From Phoronis australis (Eukaryota > Animalia > Phoronida), in NCBI GenBank assembly GCA_002633005.1, contig NMRA01000114.1, positions 336,835 to 400,834 on the forward strand: DNA of 64,000 nucleotides, given 5' to 3'. This document shows positions 52,153-64,000 of this stretch, piece after piece. The notes beneath the pieces were generated by a model. That model searched no databases and had not been told where the DNA came from. It saw only the letters and a list, made by a program, of their open reading frames with translations. Within the stretch, counting starts at the first letter, position 1. Each line of letters starts with the position of its first letter. The position numbers and the translations under genes were made by a program.

Positions 52153-52372
52153 CTTCACTCAGTAAAGACTCCTCGGAAGCACTAACAGGAGCGAGGGTGG
52201 ACATATTGATGTAGTCCATGTTCATCGCCTCATCCATTATGAGGCCCGTCCACCGAGGAATGGGCGTGGACCGAGGCGTAGTTCTTGGCGTGGCCACAGG
52301 TGACGCCAGCAGGCTCAGCGTTGTGGGACTGATAACGCCACTGAACGGGCTAAGATTAGGATAGCTGAACAT
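52153..52372 (-). CDS. NFI: Nuclear factor I exon (conserved invertebrate C-terminal SPVATPRTTPRSTPIPRW motif)
   Basis: TTTGACAG|ATG...GAAG|GTAAAA, 220 nt, phase 0 to 1. Confidence 0.88.
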
Positions 52373-53811
52373 CTGTCAAAGACAAACACAGATAACAGGA
52401 ACATGACACAAGATATCAAAGCCATGCTTTCTTATAAAAGATTTTCTGGAGTTAAATTAAAGATAAATTATTCTATTATGCATAATGGTTTACATTTCAT
52501 TATTGATATTAGAAACACAAGAAAAACGTCTACTAAATTTTGCAGAACAGAGACCTCTGCAAGAGCTTAAAACTTGAGACTAACTGAATAAACCTTTCCT
52601 CCTGATCCCCATGCAGCACCCATTCATTTTATACAACACCCATTCACGTTATTTAAATGAATAAGAAATGGCAGCTGGTAATGCTTAGGAAACTGTCAAG
52701 CAACAACAAATAACAACAACATGAAGATAGAAGACAAAGTCAATTTTCAGCTTTACAATTAAAACTATTGCATAAAATTAATTACGGTTGACAAGTTTTG
52801 TTTTTTTGAAAGGATACCAAACATGGTTTTGGTCCCTTAACAGATACTAAAAAAGACTTTCCCGTCCAATTCCCGACACAAACTACAACCCTCGACAACT
52901 CTCAAAAGTTTGGAGAAGATTTTGAAAACTCCTTTCAAAGTCTGCTAAAAGGGCAAGCATGACCTATGTTATCAGCAAATTACACAACAACTGAGGGGAG
53001 AGACCACCCACTAAGAACCATAATATCCAATCTGTGACACGGTGACGAGTATGAGTTTTCAGTTGATTCCTGTTTTTATCCTTCACGATTAATGCCAATG
53101 ATACATTAGCAGATGACAGAACGAGGACTGGTTGAAATCACCAAAACAGGGTTTAGTATCCTTTTCAAGGATGACTCCATAACTGAAGCCACAATACTCC
53201 ACTGCTGCTAAATACACTTAGTTTTATCATCAAAAAAACACCACCGTTATTAACTAACACACTGAAGTAAATAACCCACTGGGTAGAACTGTATTAATCT
53301 AAACCAAAAATGTACATAATTGATTATTTTTTTACAACTGCACACCAGCCCGTTGCTAGCGAACAGGCTAAAAATATGGCAGACAAAAGAATAGCATTGT
53401 GGGTATTTGTTGATCTGGGACATTGCCCACTTGAAGTAAGGTGACATTTACGTTTCATTTTCAGGGCATCGTTAAAAACAGGTAGTTTTTTGCTGCCATG
53501 CAATGGGTCGCAGTTCACAGGCAACACTTCTGGAAACTTGGGCAAGTGATCATACACGGCTTGTTTTAATCTTTATCTTTCACAAAGCGAAAATTATGAC
53601 TGACATCGCCTGTGACTTTGTTGCTTTGCAGCCAACAAGAGTTTGTCAAAAAAGACGGCACAAATTAAGAGACACACGTCGACACCCAAGCAAAGTGAGG
53701 CCAAAATCAGAGGATAAAACGGATATAAAACCATTATCTAAAACAAAGTCAACAGTTCAAAACTAAGCGTCTGCAACATGAATGTAGAAATAAATCTCAT
53801 GGCGAGTGGTG

Positions 53812-53890
53812 AAGTAGTGTCGCCTAGTGGGATAAGTGTTTGTTTCCTTTACTCAAGGTCATGGGTTCGTTTCCCACAGGGGCACACTGC
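53812..53890 (+). mobile_element. tRNA-derived SINE-like head
   Basis: GTCGCCTAGTGGGATAAG (A-box-like) ... GGGTTCGTTTCCC (B-box-like). Confidence 0.45.
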
Positions 53891-54349
53891 TAGACCCCTG
53901 ACTGAGGTCGCTAGCTTCTAAGATGGATTTTAACTATTAATAAAGCATGAAAATGGTTCCAGGTGATCAGTGCAATGGGCCCACTTGAGCAGCCTGCCCA
54001 TGTCTGGTACCAGACTGCCTGCAATTATTTTTATTTTAATGAAGAAAAGTTGCCTTTTTCATTCAAATAAAGGAAAAATGTGAGGGCAGAGCTTTGGAAG
54101 AGTAAATACGTTTTGAGCATGAGGTTGATGTTTTTAACACCAGGACATGGTTCATAGTGGCTTAAAGCACCTATCAAACTTCGACAGTCATTGTAAAAAT
54201 ACACAACACGGGAAAAAGTGAGCAATTACAAACAACACGACTTGCAACACTGCTTGATATCAGCACTCGACACAAAAAAGATGGTGACAGACGCATCCCA
54301 GGCAAAGCGGATAGCAAACAGCACACATAAAATTAAAAATAAACCTTAC

Positions 54350-54555
54350 GTCTGTCAAAAAGGTGCGCACCTGCTGCTGGGGGTGTATGTGGGCGAATGT
54401 GTGCTCTGGCCGGCTGACTGGCAGCAGGGAGTTGAATGGGCTGGACAGGATGTGACCCCTGTTGGCCGGCGGAGTACTCGGGGTGCTGGACCCCCCGCCA
54501 GTCGGGCCAGACGACGTTGTCGTGGCAACCATGCTGTCTGCGGCAGATGACTCCG
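54350..54555 (-). CDS. NFI: Nuclear factor I exon
   Basis: TTTTTCAG|CG, phase 1. Reads ESSAADSMV...ILSSPFNSLLPVSRPEHTFAHIHPQQQ(VRTFLTD). In-frame donors follow 54371 (GTGCGC) or 54350 (GTAAGG). Confidence 0.82.
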
Positions 54556-55394
54556 CTGAAAAAGACAGAGTTACCTGAATATGGGCTGTGAGCTCATAAG
54601 TTAGCCAACTGTATACATTCAGAGGGACCGGGAGTAAGACCAAATCTCAAAACCCATTTTCGGCAGGTTTCCTTTTTGATGACTTCAGCACAAGGTATGT
54701 TCTTCTAAACAGGTATGGTGACATTGCCTTAATATTTCAACACAGCGAGTCTCCACCATTAGCATATCTCTTTCAAGTCTAACCTCAGTGCCTGTCAAAC
54801 ATTTTCTCAACAGGCTCTAAGCAAGAACACTTCTGCGTACAGCTTCATCGATGTGATTCCAACGCCTTAGCTCTTGTTGAACATCATACATAGCTTATGG
54901 TTCCTTAGAATCGATCTGATACTTATGAGAATCTGGCAGACACCAAATATTCATTAGTTTCATAAACACAATAATTTCTTAGATTAAAAATATTTTAAAC
55001 CAACAGTGTCCTTCACTTATAAGTACACTATCATCAACAGGTCAGCGAACTAAACACAAGAATCTGCGCCTGACCACCGCCTGACCACTCATGTTACTAT
55101 CAGATTTCCATGAGTTTTCAAGGATATAACTCATTTTCCAAAAGTCATATTTCCCACAAAAAAGTAAGAGAAAAGTAATTTTTGCAAATTATTGTTACCC
55201 AGCTTAAGTAAATACTCAAACTCCTGAAACGACTTGCAAACTGACATTTTTTATTTACCCCAAGATGAGATTTACTTTTACTTTTTTCGTTTTCCAGGAG
55301 CTTTGCAAGGATGGTGAACTATTTTGTGATTTTCGAGGTTTTCTAGGTTTTTTTCAAAAAAAAAGAGTCAATATAAAACATGTATTGTGCTTAC

Positions 55395-55554
55395 TTGTGG
55401 ACGGCGGCCCACTATACTGTGAAGTTTGACCATCCGACGACTTGATGATGGCCACAGGGCGAGTGACTCCAAGTCCCCTGGGAGGTGGGGGCAGCATGCC
55501 GGAGGGGAAGAAGTGGGCCAGCTTACTTTTTGTGGTGGGTGTGGTTGGGTTGGA
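55395..55554 (-). CDS. NFI: Nuclear factor I exon (Pro-rich activation region)
   Basis: TTTCAG|TCC...ACAA|GTAAGC, 160 nt, phase 0 to 1. Reads SNPTTPTTKSKLAHFFPSGMLPPPPRGLGVTRPVAIIKSSD..., resembling the NFI MLxPPPP..ARPV motif. Confidence 0.85.
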
Positions 55555-56202
55555 CTGAAACGAGAAATGGACTATTTTTTCGACTTAACAACACTGAGAT
55601 TGAATTAGACTACTCGTGACATTACCGTTTAAAGTCATGACTGCTAATAAGGTAACAGAAAAAAGAAATTATTTCGTCACGTAATGACTGGTAACGACTT
55701 ATAGCAGGAAAATTCTAATTACAGATTGGATTAGCCACCATTCCAACTTTCCTGTCAATTCCCCCTTCATACTCAGTCATGAGAGAAAGATAACGTAACT
55801 ACGAATTCAGCATCCGCCCAGTCATTATGACGGTAAATTCGTGGTCATTATGTTTGAATACTCTAGGCGTGTACAGTATACTTTTTCACAACACTTCCAG
55901 ACAATACAGTTATATGTATACAGACGCACTCTATGAGTTAGCCTAGGCAGACAGTTATGCAAAGGAACAAATCCCAGGCAGCTGGTTGAGGAATAGACTA
56001 GTTTCTTGCCCGGACACCAGATGAGATTGATGCCGTTAATGATCCCAACTACTATAAACACGTCACATTACAAATGGTACATGATTTTTGAACCCATTAT
56101 TCCACAATAAAAACAATAAATAGTATGTACAGAGAGACATGTTGAAATTAAAAAAACAGAAAACTCAAACTGCAATCTCAATGACATCTGTCATTCAATT
56201 AC

Positions 56203-56327
56203 CTGTGAATTCTGCGCCTCTTGGCAGACAAGGTTCACAAAATCTGAGAGTGCGTCGTTGCCTGACTGATATTTCAGGCCTGTAGCTGAAGACGCGCTGA
56301 GGTTCAAAATATGGCTTTGGGGTGCCA
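56203..56327 (-). CDS. NFI: Nuclear factor I exon
   Basis: TTTCCAG|TG...CAG|GTAATT, 125 nt, phase 1 to 0. Reads ...KYQSGNDALSDFVNLVCQEAQNSQ, resembling the vertebrate NFI DxLKxxVxLxC motif. Confidence 0.88.
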
Positions 56328-56992
56328 CTGGAAAGCAATACATCAAGAATACAGTGAAATAATTTCAAATGAACATTGATTTTTAAGGCTTGTATCTAGG
56401 CAACAGGTGAATATTCACAACCCAATTCTTTAGATCAATGATTTTACAACTCTGGCATTCCTTTCCTATATTCTTGTGACCCCAGCTGGAGGTAACCAAA
56501 AAGGGGCACCATAACTCTGCAGTAAAATATGTACACTAAACAACTAAAAAGGCAACACTCTAGTCATTAATTCTGATTGTCTATGCAGGTAAACACAATG
56601 CATGTGGCTTAAAAGTTCATTCCAAGATGAGATGATGTACTGTGACTAAACAGTTAACGTCATTACCTGTCAAAAATGCCAATCGAATAATCATTGAATT
56701 TAAATACTACAACACCTTGTTACTTTATAACACAGTCAAAGGCGGTTCCTCCCAGGAAGTACACAAGGGCGAGCACAAATCGAAGTCTTATCTCGATAAC
56801 ACAATAAGTCTTTTCTGATGACCTCTATTTCATTTCTCAAGATACCACAAAGCACGGGTATTTTCTTAAGAATAATCGCTACTGAACGACGCACAGTTTG
56901 TGAGGAAGATTGACAGCTTCATCGTTACGCACTGTTTGGTCTTCATAATCTATTCATCAAAATATCATCAGACTTGGGCAAGTTCAAAATAC

Positions 56993-57220
56993 CTGGGCTT
57001 CTCTGCACTTCAGGTGATAACGGCGAATGAACAGAAGCTGGAGCCCTCTGTAGGTTGGCAGTGGTATTACTGAGCGGGCGCGGGGGCGTTGACCCTCGCT
57101 TGTACGGCTGACCCTGCTTGCACGAGACGGGCGTGAAGCTACTGTCGCGGTCAGCCTTAATCTTCGTCATCAACTGTGGAGAGGGGCCGCCCTGAAGCAC
57201 GGGGCTAGTAGCTAGTGGAG
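56993..57220 (-). CDS. NFI: Nuclear factor I exon
   Basis: TTGTAG|CT...CCAG|GTATTT, 228 nt, phase 1 to 1. Reads PLATSPVLQGGPSPQLMTKIKADRDSSFTPV... Confidence 0.82.
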
Positions 57221-58604
57221 CTACAACATGGAGTGAACAGACTTCTAATAAACCACTTCATAGAACAAGAAAAAAATTAAAACCCAAACAACCAGCCTTA
57301 GAAAAATTTTGATTTAATGAGAAACTGGACATTCACTAGGTGGCACTGGTGAAACAAGGGTCCTATGTGTATAAATGCATACAACTAGGCTGTCAACAAG
57401 TGGCCCCCGCTGATGTACGGCTTTCTGATCTCAATCCATTCAAACACTAATAATAAAAAGAGCAAATTCATAATTAGCGCCACCTGGTGATAATCATATG
57501 TCACCCTTTAGCCCAGCCGCTGCCATTAAATCGGCCTCAACTGATTTCACATCTTGAGAGTGATGTCTTAGCTTAGAAAAGACAAAGAAATGCCTCAACA
57601 GTGTTGAAGACTGAACTCAATAACACGACAGTCTTAGGTTATAATTTTATGAGCCAAAAGAAAAGACAGCAACAAAATGGGAAGAAATGTTTCCAGCCCG
57701 ACAGGAGCATGGTAAAATTCTACAGTTTGGGACAGTCTCTAAAAATTGGGACACCAAAACTCAAGCTGAACGTGAATTTTCTTGATCCTGAAAATTGGGA
57801 AACAGGCAATTTTACCATAAAATACGGACCAATAAGTCTCCAGTTTATAAAATCGTCAAAAAATAGGCACCGACGCTACGTTTTCATGCATCGCCATAGT
57901 GTGTAAAATTGATAGTAATTCCTGAACTTGGGACAGCTGTTAACGTTTATATCCAAAATTTGGTACAAACTCTAACCTTGAGCAAAACAGTGGTTAAATT
58001 TTTACTTTCCCTAAGTGTAAAATTTTTACCCTACAAGCAAGCAAGCCCTACCAAGTTTACACCAAGCAAGACAGTTGCTCGCTCAGCACTGGATTTGACT
58101 GGTTATACAGCAATGTATTCATCACCACAAGATGTGCCACTGATGAACATGTGCTAATGTGGGTGCATTGAAATAACTCCATGCCATTATACTACGTCTC
58201 TCCAGATTTCAAATACAAAGCAAAATAACAATCGCTCTCTATAAACCACTATATATCACCCGTATTTTAATACCACTAAAATGATTTCTCACATACATGA
58301 GCACAGCCAAACATATGCCGGCTGGGCATACCATTTTCTAAAAATACGCAAAGGATAATATTTGAGAAAACAACTTTCATGGTTGGACAATGTAGCTTTC
58401 CCCAATTCCATAGGCAATGGACGCCATAAAACTTCCATTAAGGCATATCATTGAAAAGAATGTTACCGCAATTTTCCATCAAAACGTCACTTTCATTTTT
58501 GGTTCTACCAGATAATTATTCGGCAGCCTAAAATACATAAAGCATCTGCCACAGGTACAAGTCAACTTGGCACAGTAACCAAACTAAGCCTGCCAAAATC
58601 CTAC

Positions 58605-58904
58605 CAGCATGCACGTTGCCGTCTGTCCTCCAAGGCCTTTGACTGTTGACACTAGGTGGCGACCTGCCGTACATTGGCATAGCCTCGTTCTCGTCGGCAA
58701 GACTACCGTCCTCATCGTCGACCGATGAGCTCGAGTTCATCGTCCGCTTCCTCTTCCGATTAGTCAGAATGCCCTCTGGTGGACACCGTGAGAGTGCACC
58801 GATGTTCTGATCCGTTGTCTGGAAGCTGTAGTAGGAGGGACTCTCCATGTGATTCTGGCTCACGTGCATCGTCTGCGTACCATTCAGTGGGTGGACGATG
58901 GAAG
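58605..58904 (-). CDS. NFI: Nuclear factor I exon following the DNA-binding domain; upstream exons lie beyond position 64000
   Basis: CCTGTAG|CT...GCTG|GTAGGA, 300 nt, phase 1 to 1. Reads RKRKRTMNSSSSVDDED...YGRSPPSVNSQRPW, resembling NFIA KRLK-SVEDE...GRSPGSGSQSSGW. Confidence 0.85.
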
Positions 58905-59501
58905 CTACAGGAACAACAGAATAAAGCATCTTTACAACCATAGATGGCACCAAAACAAATAAATAGTGGTGGAGAAAACTCTGAAGTCCACCGATGTTAA
59001 AGGCGCTGAAAACTTTGTGTAGAACACTCAGAATCAAAGAATAATGCTTAAGGTGAGTGACTCACAAAATTCGCCAGCAATTTTTCAAATGCGAAACAGT
59101 GGTATAAATATTCCCGTGAAAGGTTATGCTGTGAAAGACTTATTCAAACATGTCCATATCTCCAGGCAGCACAGTGGAATTCTGGGAAGGAATAAAATTA
59201 TACTAACTGACTAACTAACTAACTAACTAATACCAACTAAGCGTCTTCACGTTCTCTCAACAATACTACACACATGCACAGTAAAGCTTTTAAAAATTAA
59301 CATATTTCAAATGAAGAATATAAATCGGTAAATAAAACAACAAGAATGGATCAACTGAAATTTGAAATTTTCGGATGTTACAACTTCCTTTATCAACAAA
59401 AACAGAAATAAAGTAAAATCAAACACAAAATGACAATTGACATATAAGATATGGTGTAATGAAAATGATACATTTTTGCGTAAAAATTTCAATGACATAT
59501 C

Positions 59502-59837
59502 TTAAGAAGTTTTTATGTTCAATCCATGAGGTTCTATTGCATAAAGTTTGTCTATCCAATATTGTTCTCTTTTAAGTCTGTGAGGGGTACTGGGGTGTTG
59601 GAGTTTTTCTATTATTTGTACAGAAAGATCTTGAATATTATGGTTTTTGGAGTTGAAATGATTACCTATAGTATCAGAAATGTTTTTATGTATTATGTTA
59701 AATCTATGATTACGAAACCGAGTTTGTAGATTATGTTGAGTTTGTCCTACGTATTGGATAGAACATTTCTTACAAGTTATAAGGTAAATAATATTGTTAG
59801 TGGTGCAATCAGAATAATGTTTTATTTCATATTTCAA
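59502..59837 (-). mobile_element. Penelope-like element remnant, GIY-YIG endonuclease
   Basis: CTTNNIIYLITCKKCSIQYVGQT..L.TRFRNHR...IGNHFN..H...REQYWIDKL....PHGLN is a canonical Penelope GIY-YIG domain; AT-rich. Confidence 0.9.
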
Positions 59838-60514
59838 AATAATGCATGCAATGACTAAAAATTTACGGAATTAACATCAACTTGAACGCAATGCTTTCAT
59901 CAGTTGTTTTGTTGTATGCAACCAAAGTCCGTTGGCATGGGAACACATGAAATAATAAAGAGTAGAAAATCCTGTGGAGTTTGAGCTATTTTGAACCTTT
60001 CAACACATGCCATCAGCCGACACATCCACTGACCAATCCCTCCCTGGGCGATGTTGATGCTAACTGACATGTGAACATTCCTCAAGGCCACATTCCTTGC
60101 TGGGAGTGTGTGAAATTTTAGAGCCTCCGGCAGTTGTAAACAAGTTACAAGCCACTGCATAACTGGGTGTTTGTTTCACAGCTGAGTGTGACTATGGACA
60201 CCTGTTATGGCCTGTTAGTTATGTTAAGTTAAGCAAGAGCAACACAGTGGACTTTGACCTTGGGGGAGCACCACCCAAGGTCAAACAAGGAGGCTGGGAG
60301 AGGCTAATTAAAAAACACACAAGATCAACATATCCATGATTCAACTACCCGGGGAGGGAGGTCACTCCACTACTTTTCGATGAAGAGTTCAGTTGCCAAG
60401 TTGGGCCCTTTTGTGGGATTATTACGGAATTCAATAAGAAAAGATATCCATTCATAGAGGATTTCGATGTGAATAACCCTATGATCAGAGTCGCACAGCC
60501 AATATATTATATTG

Positions 60515-60712
60515 CACTTCTGTAAGTAACCCCCCTCCCTGGGTTCGTGTACTCTCCACTTCTGTACGTAACCCCTTCCCCAGGTTGTTATAGTCCACTT
60601 CTGTAGATACCCCCTCCCCCAGTTAATGCACTCTCGACTTCTGTATGTACCCCTCCTCGGGTTCATGTAGTCTCCATTTCCATAAGTACCCCCCTTACCG
60701 GGTTAATACACT
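60515..60712. repeat. Minisatellite with a unit of about 40 bp, about 5 copies
   Basis: CACTTCTGTAxGTA(A)CCCCxTCCxxGGTT-like units at about 60515, 60557, 60597, 60636 and 60675. Confidence 0.8.
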
Positions 60713-61783
60713 ACACTTTTTAATGTAAACAACCTATGTACACAGGGATGAAATTACACAAGAAGACATGGACTGAGAAACAAAGTTTGGCAAGCAACCA
60801 CTGTGACCAGGGAATTTCCTGGACTTCCTTTCTTTAACAGAGTTACCAACCACCACATAAACATCCAACAAAGTGGATTTGTCCTTGCCACCTATAGACT
60901 TCAGTCAGCACTAATTCAACATTATGCAAGCTGTCAAGTCATGAAATATTTCCCATTACAGCCAGAAACAGCATGACTGTAATTTCTATCTCAACCTAAC
61001 ATTGTTTTTAACAAAGTTTGCATGCCTGCTCATTGCCAACACCACACTGACTTTGTTGTGTCACATGAACATCAGAAGCATGGACATGAGAGTAGCCTGT
61101 AGTCATCATCTTTGTAAACAAAACTTTATGAAAATGAACTTGTGAATATGGTCTTTCCCAAAACTGGATAAAATGAGCCCCAGAGCTTTCTAGACACACC
61201 TCTGCAATGCATTTGGACATTCATGCAGTACACAAAAAATCTCAACATTACAAATGACGTAACTCCATGCAAAGACAAGTCAGTCAATGGGGAAATCGAA
61301 ATACACTAGGTAGCCTGAAATCAGGTAAATGTGTAAGACTCTTGTTTGACAAACAACAACAGGCTGATCAAGTACATTCTACTGCCTGTGTATTCAGATG
61401 TTGAAAAGAATAATTCTTCATTAACACCATTGCGCACATGCCATCTTGTTTATTAAACCGCAAAATCTTTCTGTTTGAATGCGAGTTAGTAACAGTTAAA
61501 GACAACGGGGAAGTTTCCACTTATGGAAATTTCCGGATTCGAAGCAGAGATGTACTATAAATAGAACTGGAAATTCTTCAAATATAATTCAATTTAGTTT
61601 CCACCTGTTGGGAAATCACATCGACTTCTAGAGACCTGCTTTCAGAAACACTGAGTTTAGGAATGTCAAACGTCGGAACAATTTCGTGAGCCAAGTGAGC
61701 TGTCTTTTACCAATTGTAAAATTTTACAATCTTGTTCAATATTCTCTTGGGCGGTACCATTCGTAAGCTCAGGAAGATATTTT

Positions 61784-62636
61784 TATTTCATTGAGTAAGC
61801 TTTCCCAGAAATAGCCCAGAATTTACATGGGCGTGAAAATAAAGGAAAACGTGTCAAAAATGGTTCCACTCGTGCTAACCTAGAGCACACTGGTACCAAA
61901 ACTTAAACCAAACAGAGACAAATTTCTCAAGAGGCAACAACATGTTCTATTCTCTTCAGTGCTCTCACATACATACACACATACACACACACGCATACAC
62001 ACACACACACACACACACACATGCACATACAAGTCAAGTGATCACTTACGTCGTGTGACTTGTAACAGTTCCCTGGCTGAGAAAACCCCGGACGCCGCAA
62101 TACTCTCGTTGCCAGATACTCCTGAGTGGATATTACGAGGAACTGCAATATTATTGCAAGACAGTAATACAAACGCCAACACTCACTAAATAGCACTTTT
62201 CTTCAAAAGACTCACNTATTTCATTGAGTAAGCTTTCCCCAGAAATAGCCCAGAATTTACATGGGCGTGAAAATAAAGGGAAAACGTGTCAAAAATGGTT
62301 CCACTCGTGCTAACCTAGAGCGCACTGGTACCAAAACTTAAACCAAACAGAGACAAATTTCTCAAGAGGCAACAACATGTTCTATTCTCTTCAGTGCTCT
62401 CACATACATACACACATACACACACACGCACGCACACACACACACACATACAAGTCAAGTGATCACTTACGTCGTGTGACTTGTAACAGTTCCCTGGCTG
62501 AGAAAACCCCGGACGCCGCAATACTCTCGTTGCCAGATACTCCTGAGTGGATATTACGAGGAACTGCAATATTATTGCAAGACAGTAATACAAACGCCAA
62601 CACTCACTAAATAGCACTTTTCTTCAAAAGACTCAC
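61784..62636. repeat. Near-identical direct duplication of about 425 bp across a single N; probable assembly artefact
   Basis: 61784-62215 and 62217-62636 differ almost only in the CA microsatellite and homopolymer lengths, and are joined at N 62216. Confidence 0.85.
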
Positions 62637-64000
62637 TAGAGGGCAACATCAGCATGACATTACCACGTGTCAAGTTACAACTGCTGAACGATGCGAATGA
62701 CGCTTATACAGTGGATGTTTTTAATTTTTTTGGAACCCAGTCCATGACAATATTTCCAAAGTTACAGACAGTTTATGTCTTCATTTTCAAGCTCCCATGC
62801 AGCTTACAAGATTCCGTTAAAATCTAACCAGAAATGGACCGAAAAAATATTGCCAAATTGGTAAATTTCCTTTTTCAAGGCTTCCAATGTTGATGTGAAT
62901 GACCCTATTTTCTGAGTTGGTAGCTGCAGCATACAACTTAAAACGAAGTAATCGTCTGGTGCCCCTCAGCTTATATGAACAAACATTTCACTTGTGCCCC
63001 ATAGTGTCTCGTCGAGGCACAAAAAGAGGCACAAATAGTATCATTTTTTTATCTAAATCTGGTAGTCATTTTTAACAATTCAGAGCGGAAATTGAACCTT
63101 TGATGGTGACAATTACATTCCCACACTCAGTGTGAACCAGTGAACCTTTACATGCGCGTAGTAAAGCCCACGCGCCTATACTAAAAATAGCGTGCGTTTT
63201 CAAAAACATTAGTCTTGATCCCATGCCTCAATACTGTGATAAATAATGCAACCATAAAGGTTATTCTATATCTGACTAGCAGTTGAAATGCAGTGTTCAT
63301 TTAGGATACATCTTACGGTTACCTTTTATATCTTGTTCGTTGGGTGACACTTCTGTATAATCGTGAGGAACTGAAAAACATAGAGTAGTGTGCGATCACT
63401 GCATCAACTAATAAACACAGTGTACAGTTGATTTCTGGGTGAACATGTTGTTCATAGTTATCGGTTACAGTTGTTCAATAAAAGTATGTACATGAAAAAA
63501 CAGCCATAACTTCATGTAGATTTCAAATCCATCCAAAAATAGCCATGGAATGGAAATTATCTCAGACAGCAAAGATGCCATGTAAACAAATTGGAAAGCA
63601 CTAAGGAAAATGCAAATATACACCCAAAAGTTTGCCTGAAAAGTGTCAAAAACATCAGACGTTGTTGATGTTACAATTAAAGTGACTTGTGACTGGGATT
63701 ACCGTGACAACCCTTTGGCAGTCAGAAACAACTGGTCAGATACTTAAAAGGATACCAAAGCCAACTTTGGCTTATCAACAAACATCAAAAACGACGTTCC
63801 CATCCAGTTCTCTGAAATAAAATAATCCCCTGCAACCCTTGACAGCCTCCAAAAGTTTGGAGCAACATTGTGTAATACTTCACTGATTTTGAACAAAAAT
63901 AACAGTTGTATTTGTTTTCTTTCAGTTTCTCAAAGGCTGATTACCTTACTGCAGGAGGTTTATCAAACACTGTCCAGAGCAAAAAAAATTCTTAAAATTT

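Noticed and set aside
58567-58582. NFI autoregulatory site TTGGCACAGTAACCAA
   Set aside because: Spacing and right half do not fit TTGGC-N5-GCCAA.
61784-62636. Tandem duplicated ORFs (MLFSECWRLYY...) as a gene duplication
   Set aside because: The copies meet exactly at an N and differ mainly in microsatellite and homopolymer length, typical of overlapping contig ends or two haplotypes.

Overview
AT-rich, intron-containing animal genomic DNA. It is probably from a marine invertebrate bilaterian, but the species cannot be determined from sequence alone, and most ORFs in the supplied track are noise. Reading splice sites by hand gives four gene models. (1) First coding exon of a short-chain dehydrogenase/reductase (minus strand, 409-463), continuing off the left edge. 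(2) A divergent neuropsin/Opn5-like tetraopsin (minus strand, four in-phase exons, 10466-20236, first exon not located). It keeps K296, E181 and Y113 but has ARY for DRY and Asn at 2.50. (3) A spliced gene of unknown family (plus strand, about 36588-37752) whose frame continues past its TAG. (4) The last seven coding exons of Nuclear Factor I (minus strand, 50172-58904), with the DNA-binding exons beyond the right edge. The rest is dense in transposon debris: CR1-group LINE remnants, a Penelope GIY-YIG fragment, Helentron-type non-autonomous elements, three foldback MITEs with 5-bp TSDs, a 6.9-kb TIR element with nested THAP/Kolobok-like and Helentron pieces, tRNA-like SINE heads and minisatellites. 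No prokaryotic-type system or CRISPR array is present. All homology calls come from motif recognition, not database searches.
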